Assembly (NCBI GenBank): GCA_964016885.1
Contig: OZ024742.1
Span: 340,690,001 to 340,754,000, forward strand
DNA length: 64,000 nt
Reading direction: 5' to 3'
From: Eledone cirrhosa
Taxonomy: Eukaryota
Position 1 is the first letter of the stretch, and each line of letters opens with the position of its first letter. Shown here one piece after another: positions 13,278 through 27,539 of the stretch. The translations under genes were made by a program, and so were the position numbers. The notes under the pieces were generated by a model. That model did no database searches and was not told the origin of the DNA. It saw only the letters and a list, made by a program, of their open reading frames with translations.

Positions 13278-14316
13278 CACACATAAGCTGAACAATGGAA
13301 ACAAAAGGTGAAGTTTGATGTTTAATCAGCAATCTTCAGCTTTTGTTTTCATTGTCCAACTTCTATGTCTATGGCTGTGTAGTTCGTTTAGAATGTACAA
13401 CAGAACCTGATACGATGAAGGCCTATTACAAAACCAATAACTCTCACCACTCGATCTCGTTGGAAGTATTACTTGAGGACTACAGGGAATTCTAACAAAG
13501 TTATTGGTCCTGCCATAAACAGGTTGATACCTGTAAATATAATTATTTCTACTTTTGGCAAAAGGCCTGCAATTATCCTAGTATATTACTGGTACTTTAT
13601 TTTATCGACCCCGTAAGGATGAAAGGCAAAGTTAACTTCGGCGGGATTTGAACTGAGACCATAAAGGGCCGTAAATTTTTGCTGCAAAGCATGGCGTCCG
13701 ACCCTCTACCAATCGAACAGACAACCTCGCGATTCTAAGTCCGACGCTCTAACATACACATATATGCGTATTTATTGATAAAGCGATAAATAGATTGATG
13801 CCAATAAAGAGCTGTACACATTAGATTCTGAGTAGTTTGTAGATGTGAAATAGAAAGAAAGTGAAACTCATTAGAAGTATGACTGAAGGATATGATAAAT
13901 CTATTAGATTTCAATAAAAGAAAATGATGCTTGGATAACGTAATTGAAAGAAGACGATTACAATTTAGTTTCGGTCGTTTCTGTTGATCTATTTTTATTT
14001 ATATATTATCTATATCTATGTTTCCCTTTATCACTCTATCAAACTACTTACCTACATACTTAAATCTATCTATGTCTAACTATCTCTTTATCATTCATGC
14101 GTATATATATATATATATATATATATAGTAATAATAATAAAATTGAAGACTAAAATCCAAAGAGGGCTCGATAAGGAAAATATATATCAAATATATAAGA
14201 ACCGTAGAGCAAATATTTATAAAAATAACAGATTAAAGTTTAAGCAAAGAGTTTCAGAAGATCCCGTTAAGGGTGAAAGCAGCGATTCTTTGCTTAAACT
14301 TTAATCTGTTATTTTA

Positions 14317-14380
<64 letters not shown>

Positions 14381-15004
14381 GTGTGCGTGTGTGTATGTGT
14401 GTGTGAGTATGTATGTGTGCTTATTCTATTTCTATTGTTCTGTAGTATTTTTTGTTCCATTTCATATCCTTATATATATATGAATTAAGGTATGAGGTTA
14501 GTGTTTGAAAAGACTATAAAAGAAAATGTGAACGTGTTATTAAATAACTGAGGGTAAAAGCAAGACACCAGTGCATATTGATATATATGTGTACACACCA
14601 ACACAGACACATACAGGTGCATGTCTCTGGGTATGTGTGTATACATTTGTATCTATACTCCTTTTTATGTTCTTTTCACACAATATGCACTGCACTGGTA
14701 TCTTGCCTTTACCCACGTAGTTATTGTAGCAACTCTTACACATTTTTTCATAGTCTTTTCAAACACTAACCTTATATCTTTAATTCATTATTTCATTGGA
14801 TTGGCAGTATCGGTAGAGGGTCGGACGCCATGCTTTGACGCATAGAGTTACGGCCCTTGCCGTTCTGAGTTCAAATCCCGCCGAGGTTAACGTTGCCTTT
14901 CATCCTTACGGGGTCGATAAAATAAAGTACCAGTAATGCGCTGGGATAATTGCTGGCCTTGTGCCAAAAAGTAGAAACAATTATTTCATTAACTAATTAT
15001 TAGT

Positions 15005-15680
15005 GCAAATGCCCCTTTAACCATATATAAACAGCTTACAACAACGCCGCACCCTATCCTAGGATAAGCTATTTCCCTTATGTCTCTCCTTTTTCCTTTT
15101 CACTTATATCTCTGTGACAACCCGAAACCAGCAAACCCCCAGTACAGCATCGCACTCTTTCATCTCCCATCACGCATATCCCTACCACATCCACACCCAT
15201 ACCCAGCACCTTCGCCTCCGCAAATACACGCCGAAATATCTACGATAAGCCAAAACACCACACCCCCGCAACTTACATCAACCATCGCTCCACACCAACA
15301 CCACCTCGTCACTATGCTCACCCCCACCTATCACACATGACAAAACATTCTTTATAGCAAAACCACCAATCAAAACAACATAAACTGACCACCATATGAA
15401 CGCAAAACTTTACAGATATTTCTATGTTTTATAATGTTCATTCTGTCATTACCACAGCAGTGGTCCGACGAGCTTTTGATTCCAGAGTTGAGCGAGATCG
15501 AACCTTGAGCTGATCGATAGCGAAACGCGCGTCACAAATCAAAAAACGTAATGAAGACATAAATCATCCTTTTATTATTATATTTACACTCTGTTTAGCT
15601 CTACACCTTGTTACAGACGTGAATCTAAGCATCGAGTACATACCTGGGTAAAATTACAGTAACTGTACGTTAAACTACCT

Positions 15681-15682
<2 letters not shown>
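15005..15682 (+). mobile_element. 3' fragment (UTR and pLTR with HHR) of a related Naiad-type PLE
   Basis: ACATCCACACCCA and CCACCAATCAAAACAAC match the reverse complement of 44180-44360; HHR at 15461-15535; ends at (TA)n. Confidence 0.7.
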
Positions 15683-15727
<45 letters not shown>

Positions 15728-16778
15728 TAAGTTATTCCGGGTTGAATCGTAGGTAACCACAGTAAGTAAGGTACTCAATCCATAGCAGAGTATAAATGTT
15801 TTAATATAGAAGAGCTTCTACAGGACTAGAACTGTTTCATTCGTGAGAAATCATCATGAAGCTGTCTGTCCAAGTAAGTGGTGGTATTTATAAATTTTCT
15901 TTTCTGGTGGTAGAAGAGGGTGGGGATTGGGATGGGTGGAGGTCATTGGTTGATACATTTAAAGAAAAGGGAGTTCATTAAAAGCTAATTCTTTAAAGCT
16001 ATATTTACAAAGGCAGAAAGAATACTGTAAACAAATTCAAATTTGGGGTACCAATCCTTGTTTATCATTTAGACCAAAGGTTCTCAACAGGGATAATAAG
16101 CCCCCCCCCCCTTGGAGGCGTTTCGGATCTCCGGGGGGGGGGCGTTTTGAAGCTCTGGGGTGCTAGGGGAACACTGGAAGGCTATTTACGTAGGTAAGTT
16201 TTATAAGCCATATTTGTACGTCTCTGAGACACCCACTGTGAATGCATTTGAATGAAGAAAACGAAGAAAATAAATAAAATAATCTTGGCAACGAATTCCC
16301 TAGATAACGAATAATCTTGGCAACGAATTCCCTAGGGAGATAAAGAAAAACGAAAGAAATCAAAGAAAATGTAAATAAGGACAACGTCAACTTTTACAAG
16401 TTACAAGAACAACAGAAACGACAAGAAAAAGAAGCAATGGTGATGAAAGGTGTGGGTTTATACATATACATACATACAATCATACACACACATACATACG
16501 TACATACATACATACATACATACATACATACATACATACATACATTAATACACACACATGCCGGCGTTTGTGTTTGATGAGGTTGAGAACCTGGTCAGCT
16601 TTCAGCCAGAGGTGTGGTATTTAATCTCCCTAGGTAATAAAATCTGGAGACAAAATGTTCTCCTTACCAAAAAAAAAACTTCAATCGTGTCAACATCCTT
16701 ACACACTTAAATATAAATGCATTTATATATACAAATGTATAAATGCATAGCTATATACACAAGTATGTATGTATGTAG

Positions 16779-16851
<73 letters not shown>

Positions 16852-16893
16852 AAAGAACACTAGAGCGTCTACAACATCAAAAGATTTTTATTG

Positions 16894-16938
16894 GCTTACA
16901 ATGTTTCTTCCTTACGTAACCGTAGGATTCGTCAGAGC
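16894..16938 (-). ncRNA. Minimal type I hammerhead
   Basis: gct-CTGACGA-atcctacggttacgtaaggaa-GAAA-cattg-TA-agc. Confidence 0.7.
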
Positions 16939-17099
16939 TATAAAAGGGGTTTGATTGGTGTTATGGACTCTACCAACCAAACATTCAAGAACAAAGAGTA
17001 AAGAGAGTAAAGAACAAAAGTAGGGGACGATAAGTCTAATTTTGGTGCGGGAGGGTGGGGTGTGGGTCCTTGTTTACTAGCTGTGGTCATATTCATAAG

Positions 17100-17155
<56 letters not shown>

Positions 17156-17601
17156 ACTAGAGATTGATTAACATATAAATAAACATGAATAATCACAGGA
17201 GATAATGTTTACAAGTGTGTAACCACACATAACTAGGTAGGTAACTAAATAAAGTTGACCAGAACTTCAAAAATAGATACCTTATAATATGATTAATCAG
17301 GGAAGATTAATCATATTATAAGGTATCTATTTTTGAAGTTCTGGTCAACTTTATTTAGTTACCTACCTAGCTATGTGTGGTTACACACTTGTAAACATTA
17401 TCTCCTGTGATTATTCATGTTTATTTATATGTTAATCAATCTCTAGTTATTATAAAATGCTCGGACCTACTCGTTAGAATCTTAGAGCTTATTTTGCGGG
17501 TGATATGGCGCATGTCTTTCTGGCATGACACCCATAATTTTGATTTAGATTAAATTCATTTGATTTATCTTAATTTTGGATATAGATATAGATATATATA
17601 T

Positions 17602-18065
17602 ATACAGGGTGTCCCAAAAAATTTGACAGCATTTCGGAGGTCAATAATTTTGGCAATTTTTGTTGAAATAACCTCAAATTTTCACAGAATGTATAGAAAT
17701 TGATCAAGATTTTATATTTAAGGTTTTATATTTTTCTTTTCTCGGGTTGAGAAATACCATTCACTTCCAAAGAAAAGTCATTTTGCGTCTTGGAATATGC
17801 TCGAACACAATCACCCAAGACTGTGCAGCGTGCCTTCAATGTAAGATTTAGAAAAAAGTCACCAACTGGCAAACAGTACCCTCAGGATACACCAAACCAT
17901 CATTCGAGGAATCTGGATTTCCAAACTTGTTCTCCTTACGGACTTGTTGGGGCTTCGCAAGAGTTTTTCACGAACTTGCTCGCCCTTCTCTTCTGATGTT
18001 GATGATGAAACTTGTTCCCAACCACATGTTTCCGAGTACTGCCCGGGCTGACCAAAGTATTGTGA
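17602..18065. mobile_element. Tc1/mariner-superfamily 5' fragment (DUF4817-like HTH) with an inverted internal piece
   Basis: TACAGGGTGTCCCAAAA end; + strand EYARTQSPKTVQRAF...KKSPT; - strand QVREKLLRSPNKSVRRTSLEIQIP. Confidence 0.7.
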
Positions 18066-18237
18066 GTGGATTTGATAGACCGAAACTAAAAGCGCGTCGT
18101 ATATACGTATATATGTATGTGTGTGTCTTTGCGGTTGTGTTTGCCCTCCCACCGATGCTTGTTGGTTGTTGACGTCCCCATAACTAACCAAGGTGATGCT
18201 CCAGCATGGGTGTAATCCAGAGACAAAAAGTAAAGTG

Positions 18238-18276
<39 letters not shown>

Positions 18277-18284
18277 ATGTAGAA

Positions 18285-18689
18285 GAGGGGTCTCAAACTG
18301 AAGGACATAAAAGGGCCATTACGTCCTGGAGTAGAGGCACAGTGGGCCTAATGTGGTGGTGGATGATGATTTTCATCAGTTACAATCATTTCTACTATAG
18401 GCACAAGGCATGAAATTTAGGGTTTAGGGTCCTGTCGATTACATGAATCTCAGTTCACAACTGGTACTTAATTTATCGACTCCAAAAGGATGAAAGGCAA
18501 AGTTGAGATCGGCGTAATTTGAACTCGGAACGTAAAAACGGAAGAAGTATCACTAAGCATTTCGCCAGATGTGCTAACGATTCCACCAGCTCATCGCCTT
18601 ATTTTCACGAGTTATAATGCAATCTGAAATATTGATTCTACCACGGGCCATAGAAAAGTAGTTCGCGGGCCGCATGTTTGAGCCCCCTG
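18285..18689. mobile_element. hAT-type MITE with an internal SINE (~18385-18600)
   Basis: Ends AGGGGTCTCAAAC / GTTTGAGCCCCCTG with subterminal CGCGGGCCGCA. Confidence 0.6.
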
Positions 18690-18760
18690 TTGGAGAGATA
18701 GATAGACGTGTACCAAACCCACACACGCATACACATTTCTAACTCTCTCTGTCTCCCCCC

Positions 18761-18827
<67 letters not shown>

Positions 18828-18828
18828 C

Positions 18829-18884
<56 letters not shown>

Positions 18885-18885
18885 G

Positions 18886-18965
<80 letters not shown>

Positions 18966-20011
18966 GTTGTTATTTGACGTTGTTGAAAAGAGCAGTGGCC
19001 TTTGAACAGGCAATAAAAACTGGAAACAAAATTCTTTCTGTACCAAAAACAAGGCGCACAAAGACACACACACAAGTTTGTTTGTGTGTGTGTGTGTGTG
19101 TGTTAGTGTGCTCGCGCTCGTGTATGTGTGTGTGTGTTTGTATCTATCTATGTATATATATATATATAAATGATACAGATATTGTTGTTCACTGTCACCA
19201 AGCATTTCAATTCATTCATTGCAACTTAGTTTGTGAACGAGGCACTATATTTTGCAAGGTACTATTTTTTTCCTTGAGTTTGTGATTCAAGAGAAAGGTA
19301 AGAATTTATTCATATTTTGCATCTTTTGTATTTTGACTTTACAGTTTGAATTGTAGAATTGTCTATCCACTCAAAAATTACAACAGCTAACAGTGAAATA
19401 TAGAATTTAAAAAAAAAGAAGCGTTTTCGACTGAGATCAAATCTTTGAGAACATTCACGTCTTTTTTTTTTAAATATATAATTTGAAAAAGCTTGCTTTT
19501 GTTTTGGACTGAAACTTTTTTGTATTTAATTCGTACGAGTATTTTTTAAAGATCTTTTTAAAGATTCTAACTACTTGATTTGGCCCAATAATCTACTGAT
19601 ATTAAAACCAGTAGTATATTGAAAAATGGAAAAATAGTGTCGGGGGGCATTTGGCCGAAATGGGTTGAGAACCTTTGAATTAGACCAACAATGCCTGTAA
19701 GACAGGTGTCTACAGGATGGGTGGGGTTCATTGGTTTAAAGAAAAGGGAAATTCTTTAGAAGCTAATTCTTTAAGGCTGAAATAAGGGTGACAAAGGCAG
19801 AAAGAGTTCTATAAACAAATTCAAGTGTTGGGGTGCTTCCTCTTATTGTGAAGTTTCTCTTAATATATATATTCCAGGTGTCAAAAAGCACATTCACACA
19901 CGCACTCACACTTTAAATCCATCAACCAATGACCTCCACCCATCCCAATCCCCACCCTCTCCTACCACCAGAAAAGAAAAGATATAAATACCAACACTTA
20001 TTTGGACAGCC

Positions 20012-20062
20012 AGCTTCCTGATGATTTCTCACGAATGAAACAGTTCTAGTCCTGTAGAAGCT
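20012..20062 (+). ncRNA. Type I hammerhead, family B (also 43541-43591 +, 51696-51746 +, mutated 15813-15863 -)
   Basis: agcttc-CTGATGA-tttctcacgaat-GAAA-cagttctagtcctg-TA-gaagct; two other copies have agattc/gaatct (compensatory change in stem I). Confidence 0.85.
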
Positions 20063-21837
20063 CTTCCATATTAATATATATATTGGAAAATGTGTGAGAT
20101 CCTTAGTACAGTTAGGTATATTTGAAAAAAGGAAAAGAATGACTTCACTTGTAGTGTTAAAACATTTATGATTTAATTGTTTCTACTTTTGGCACAAGGC
20201 CAGCAATTACCCCAGTGCATTACTCGTACTTTATTTTATCAACCCCGTAAGGATGAAAGACAAAGTTAACCTCGGCGGGATTTGAACTCAGGGCCGTAAC
20301 TCTATGTGTCAAGGCATGGCGTCCGACCCTCTACTGATACTGCCAATCCATGTGTTGGTAGATCCAGTAAGTTCTTTGTTAACTTCGGTGGGAAGAATTT
20401 TAGAGATTCCTGGATAACTTGGTTGGAGAACATTCTCGCATTCGTCTGTCTGTGATGATTGTAACTCTTTGCAAAGCATGGCGTCTGACCCTCTACCGAT
20501 ACTACCAATCCACCTAAATAATATTGTAAAACTTGTTAAGTTTACTATTTAAGTATACTATGTTAAGTATACGAATTTGCAATAATGTCATTAAATGCAG
20601 ATCTTTCACAAATATAGATTGGCAAAAGATGTTCACCTTAGCAAGAAAATCAATAGACTGGGGTGTTTGAAAAAAAACACCTTCTGATGTTTATTCTGCC
20701 CAAATTGCCCAGATACATCCTTGTGTCTGTCAATATAAGAAAGCCATGAATCAATTATTGGAATGTTGGAAACATAATTAGTGGCAATATTGCTCTTTTA
20801 CTGGGTTTAGTAATCAGAATGCACTCATGTTGGGCTTCATCTTTCAGGAGATTTTAAACAACTATATCTTTAGCGATGTAAAGAAGATTGTTTGTTGTTT
20901 GTTGTTTGTTGTTTGAGAAATTATCTATCACTTATATTAGATATATATATCAAGAAATCAAATTGCATTTGTATTATTTCTGCTTGTTAAATATATATTT
21001 ATTATAACAGGAGGCAGTAGATGATATCAAATTTATTAAGTTTCTGTTATTAACTTCTTAATAGGATTGTCCAATATTTCAATGAAATATTAGAATTTTA
21101 TAGATCTCCTAGTATTTCAATTTATACTCTGAGGTATCGAATAATCGTCCAATACCCTATACATTAAATTTTCAGATTTTTTCCAACCCCTTGCTCAAAT
21201 TCCAACCCCACCGTATTTATTAACTTTTGCTAATCTATCTCCGGCGAAATTTTATTTTATGTGGTAGCATTCCTGCGACAATTAGTTTTCTTTAGACATT
21301 AAAAACATTACACAAGACAAAAAAGTACATTACTAGAAATTGCATATGTTATGAAATAAATAGGATGGGTTGGAGGTCTCAGTATGTAAACTAAACTACT
21401 AATTCTGGTTTTTAAAGAATCAAGAGAGACAACCTAGAAAAATCACCGATTTTCAACATACTACCATTCCCGCTTATTCTAACCCACCCACACTTATTAT
21501 TTGGGTCCCGAGAGTACCTCCTTATTAGGAAATTTATTGTTTGTGAATTTACCGTCATCTTCGTTAGTCAATAACCAATAGAAGTTGATAAATAAATCTG
21601 AAATTGCTTGGTAAACAGAGAATGATAAACGGGAAGACATCGTTGTTTCAGAGTGGCAACTATTAATTCGATTTTAAAATGGCTTTACATAGACACCATG
21701 TAGAAATAGGACAGAGAATAACAGATTGACCGCGGGTAAACTCATCTGAACTAACAACGGTTTTTTACGCATTGGAGGTTAAATCCAGAACGCACATTTA
21801 TAACAGTTGGAACAGATGGGGCTTCGGCAGCAGATAT

Positions 21838-21861
21838 ATGTGTGTGTGTATGTATGAGAGA

Positions 21862-21919
<58 letters not shown>

Positions 21920-22357
21920 GTGTGTGTGCGTGTGTATCTCCGTGTGTGTGTGTGTATATGTGTATGTGCGTACGTCTGTCTGTGTGTGTATATGTGCGCG
22001 CGCGTGTGTGTGTATATGTGTGTATGTGTGTGTGCGTATATGTGTGTGTATCTGTGTATATCTGTATCTGTATGTGAGTGTGTATGTGTGTGTGAGTGTG
22101 TGTATGTGTGTGTCTGTCTGTGTGTGTATGTGTGTGTGCGTGTCTGTGTGTATCTGTGTGTGTGTAACTGTGTGTGTATCTGTGTGTGTGTGTGTGTGTG
22201 TATGTGTATATGTATATATGTATGTGTGTGTATGTGTGTGTGGGTGTGTGTGTACGTGTGTGTGTGTCTGTCTGTGTGTGTATGTGTGTGTGCGTGTCTG
22301 TGTGTATCTGTGTGTGTGTAACTGTGTGTGTAACTGTGTGTGTGTGTGTGTGTGTGT
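21838..22357. repeat. Compound (GT)n microsatellite
   Basis: Read directly. Confidence 0.95.
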
Positions 22358-23339
22358 ATTTTGAAGTTGTATGGAGTTTGCGGAACCTATTTGAATGAAC
22401 GCTATTGCCACAGGTATTTGTCACATGATAATTTAGTAATAAGCCTATTAGAAAATTCTATAGAAATTTCCGGTTTTCGAAAGCTAAAATTAACCGTGAA
22501 CCTCGGCACAAGACTAGCCTAGATAGATAAAACATTAGAAGTGTGTGTAATAGGAATTTACCGTCATCATCGGTGCTCGCACGTTACACTAGTCAATACA
22601 AAACAAAGGCAAGATCGAGTAGAGGTTTAGATGAGAAAGAAAGAGGAGGCACACAACAGAGAGTCATTGAACAGGTTAGAGAATGTGCGACGAAAGAACA
22701 TTGAGAAACGAAGGAATAACAAACAATAAAGATAAAATGAAAATCATATGGTGCGTGTGTTTCTCTCTATTGGCAATATTGGCAACATGACCATACCGAA
22801 ATATAACAATATCGGTTTCAACACACGGTTTCACATCAAGAATCTTGCAGAACAAATACCCAAACGTATATATATATTATATATATCGACAGTCGATCGA
22901 CTTTCGTCAAATCGGACCGAGGAAACAATATTTCCGTTGATGTTTCCAATCGTTAATACTATGTATCGGTCGCAACTCCAGGTAGAAGGAGCAATATGAA
23001 ATAAAGTGTCTTGCTCAAAGACATAACGCATCGATTGGTTCGGGAATCGAACTCACAACCTCACGATTGTGAAGCCAATTCTCTAACCACTCAGCCACGT
23101 GTGTGTGTGTGTGAGAGAGAGTGTGAAATTGTGGACATCCTATCTATCCTAATTGTGGACATCCAGAAACTATCTGTATAAACAGTCGAACGCCATAAAT
23201 AATAGCTTAGAAAATAGGATAAAATACTCCTGGAGACGGAAAAATGTTGCTGCTTATACAGTTAGTTTCTGCGTTTGGGATTCCCACATCACATTTTAGA
23301 ATTTGAAATCATCCAAGTGTTTTGATAATTGGTAATATT

Positions 23340-23417
<78 letters not shown>

Positions 23418-23421
<4 letters not shown>

Positions 23422-23682
23422 ATTGAATCCTGTCATTACAATAGCAGAGGTCCGACGAGCTTTTAAATCCAGAGTCGGGTCCGATAGATATAGATCGAAC
23501 CTTGGGCTGATCAATAGTGAAACGTGCGTCACCAATCAATAAACGTAATGAAGGCTTAACAAATCGTCCTTGTATTATTATATTACACTCTGTTTAGCTC
23601 TACACCTTGCTACTGAGGTGAACCAAAACATCGAGTGCTCACAGGGCGAACCTACAGTAACTGCACGTTACACTCCCTGCAT
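23418..23682 (+). mobile_element. Solo pLTR-like fragment of the same PLE family, between (TA)n tracts
   Basis: Clear similarity to 15440-15682; HHR-like core CCGACGA...GAAAcgtgcgTC at 23449-23533. Confidence 0.75.
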
Positions 23683-24267
23683 ATATATATATATATAAAT
23701 ATTTGACATGACCAAGGATGATATACCTTAACGGTTCAAGTTATCCCTGGAAAGTGATATACCTCAACGGTTCAAGTTATCCCTGGAAAGACTTTCCAGG
23801 GATAACTTGAACTGTTAAGGTATATCATCCATGGTCATGTCAAATATTTATAAAATATTTTGTATTTTATCTGATGATAGCGTACCAAAATTTTTGGTAC
23901 CCTTTAAATATATATAACAGAATAAATATGGTTTTATAAATATAGTTTCCATTTATTTAATATCAATTGAATACTTACTCCAGAAATCTGTCGAGTGCTT
24001 TGAATCAGTTGTAAATATCTATATTTGTTGGATTTCCAACAAATTAAATATCTCTTATACATATATATATTTATAACGAAGGAAGTGTAGTAAGGAACCA
24101 GATGGGCCATAACGCACCATAGTACTCAATACTTAGGGTAGTAGAGTAGGTAATAAGAAAAAGTTCAAGACCCCGACGGCAGATCTGGAGCCGTTTCTGG
24201 ACTGAAATAGTCCAGAAATAGCCGTCAAAACGGCTCGAGCTTTGCCGTCGGGATCTTGAACGTTTTC

Positions 24268-24378
<111 letters not shown>

Positions 24379-24452
24379 TGAGAGAGAGAGTGTGTGTATG
24401 TATACATATATATATATACGTACATGCATACATACATACATACATACGTACG

Positions 24453-24486
<34 letters not shown>

Positions 24487-24487
24487 C

Positions 24488-24601
<114 letters not shown>

Positions 24602-25457
24602 CAAAACATTGTATAACTCAAAACTTGAATGGACACAAAGTTTTATTATTTCAACATTCACAAACCTTCGAAAGCTTTTAACAAAATTAATAACATATAC
24701 TTAATATCACCAACATATATACTTTACTATTTCACTGAACCATACAATAATACAATAATAACTTGTAAATTGTGTTTTTCTCGTGTTGATATATAGGCTA
24801 TCATTAAGAACATTCATTCCGTTATATAAAAAAATAAATATCAGTTGATCAGTTAGATTAAGTACTAAGTAAGTCGTGTAGAATATTCTGACTTCAGTGC
24901 ATTGTATATTGAAATGAGTGGAAATAAGTATATAATGTTTAAGAATAAATGTTTATATATATTTATAAATGCTTTTATGAAGGGAGATGAAATGAAAACA
25001 GCTATAAAATGACTCTCGAGCTAAATGGATTACTAAACACACAAAAGACAGTAAATTCAGTAAATTCAGAGTTATTATAAAAGCAACTAAATTCTATGTA
25101 GACATTAATTATTGTGTTCTGAGTTCGAATCCTGGCGAGGTTGACTTTGACTTTTATCATTTCAGTTTCGATAAAATATATAATAAAACTCCATGTTAGT
25201 GAATTGGGGGAAATGTTAGAACATCGAACGAGAGTTGTTCCGGCTCTATCGAGACTTTGTCGTTTATTTATTCAGATGTCGAGAAATATTTATTTCAGAC
25301 CAGGGCAGTGGATTGGCAGGATTGTTAGAGCAACGGAAGAGATGTCTTGTGGTACTTGTTCCGATCTTTTAGGTTCTCTGATCCATAGTGTTTCTATTTA
25401 TGTGGTTAACTTAGTCCGTCTCCCGGTTTAACACTACATAACATTTTGGTGGTTTTA

Positions 25458-25672
25458 ACAGACCCCATTTAGTAGACCTCACTCTATTTAGTAGACCCCA
25501 CTCTATTTAGTAGACCCCACTCTATATAGTAGACCCCACTCTATTTAGTAGACACCATTCTATATAGTAGACCCCACTCTATTTAGTAGACCCCACTCTA
25601 TATAGTAGACCCCACTCTATATAGTAGACCCCACTCTATCTAGTAGACCCCACTCTATTTAGTAGACCCCAT
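25458..25672. repeat. 19-bp minisatellite, ~11 copies
   Basis: Unit AGTAGACCCCACTCTATTT. Confidence 0.95.
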
Positions 25673-25887
25673 TTCCATTGATTTTTCACTCACTACCATT
25701 TGCAAAAATAATTTGGTATTTTTTTTTAACAATAAATTTACATTTATAAAACAATAATAAAAGAAAACAATCTAAAAATATATTTAAGACCATCAGTTAT
25801 TTAATTATTACAAATGTTAATTCACCCCCAAACTTTAATAAGAAACATGTATAATTAGAGGGAAACTGGCAGAAAACCACCCGAAGC

Positions 25888-26505
25888 GTGGTTTTTCTGC
25901 TAGCATGTGTAGTGTGCATATTGATATTATACGCAAGTATATATATACATGTAGATATGATGCATCAAATAAAATCGTAATTGACAATATACACAGAAAT
26001 TGAACGAAGACTGCGTTACACTGTCTTATGTAATCAGTAACGTAATCCATGATTAATTTTAAAAAAACGATATTATATATAAACTACATTAGAAGAAAAT
26101 CAGTGACGGAAATATATGAAAGTGTATTTAAACGATCGCTAGCCGCAAGTGTTGACATTTGAAAAAATTTTAAAGGTGTGAATCTTAAAATAACCAACAA
26201 AATTATTTATATTTAATCAAGAATAACGAAATTTAGTAGATAAATTATGTAATATTCATTCATTTGACAGTGTCGGTAGAGGGTCGGACGCTATGCTTTG
26301 ACGCACAGAGTTACGGCCCTTGCCATTCTGAGTTCGAATCCCACCGAGGTTAACTTTGCCTTTCATCCTTACGGGGTCGATAAAGTAAAGTACCAGTAAT
26401 GCACTGGGTATTTGCTGGTCTTGTGCCAAAAAGTAGAAACAATTATTTATTCAAAGTAATGCAACTTATTTTACAAACGGGATAAAAAATATACTCTGGA
26501 CGCAG
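25888..26505. repeat. Dispersed repeat; inverted homologue at 38277-38712
   Basis: Near-identical spurious ORFs MDYVTDYIRQCNAVF on opposite strands; this copy is interrupted by a SINE at 26268-26445. Confidence 0.85.
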
Positions 26506-27158
26506 TCCCGCACTCCTTACTTGATTATAGTTAAGATATGGTAAATTAACTTGGACTATTTTTAGAAATAACATTAACGACGATATATAAAATACACTGT
26601 GCTAGGGATAAGTATCAAATTACCATGGGATCTGTACCTAGAACGTCCCCCTCCGAGGCACAAGTCCGGGTAAGGTTGTTTGTTGAAGATCAGCAGTTAC
26701 CCATACATACCAGTCTACCCCTCCCCCAGTACGTGACAGGTACTTTATTTTATCGACCCCGGAAGGAAACAAAGTTCATGCATACATTGGCGAGATTTGA
26801 ACTCAGAACAAATACTACAATGACATTTTATCCGACTCTCTACTAGTTCTGCCAAACCTATAGCATATGTCATAAATGGGATAGTATTAAAATATCTGAT
26901 AGACATTTAGTGACACAAAGTTCACGGCCCAGCAGTAGGTCGTACCATTTTCGAAATTAATAAAAACCTTATTGCCTTATTGCTAGACTTGCGATTCGCT
27001 CTTGCTCTGTGTTATGACAGGACTTTAGATGTTAGATCACTTAGTCAACACAATTCTCTGAACGGAACAGGTCAATTATCTAATCTCCCCACCGTTCTCT
27101 CTCTTTCTTTCTCTCTCTCTCTCTGTATATATATATAATGTGTGTGTGTGTATGCATG

Positions 27159-27219
<61 letters not shown>

Positions 27220-27225
27220 ATATAT

Positions 27226-27317
<92 letters not shown>

Positions 27318-27539
27318 GATGGCTGCCCCCTCGTTATCGAGTATGGCCATTGCACGATATACCATTATGAATAATTATTAATTAATTCTATCGTGCAATG
27401 CCTGTGCGTGATGATATTTTTTAAAATGAGAAAAGACTGTGCACTGAGCCAATCCCACTCTCTGAGCGACAGTAGTTATAACCTGAGAAGAAGAAAAGAT
27501 CAACATCATCGGTAACTACTGAGCCGCAGGTTTTATATC

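Larger units (their letters stand above)
16075..19677. mobile_element. Non-autonomous hAT-like element carrying nested insertions
   Basis: TIRs CAAAGGTTCTCAAC / GTTGAGAACCTTTG; 8-bp TSD ATTTAGAC / AATTAGAC. Confidence 0.75.

Noticed and set aside
21125-21516. MITE with TACTCT...AGAGTA ends
   Set aside because: The terminal similarity is too short and degenerate to call by eye
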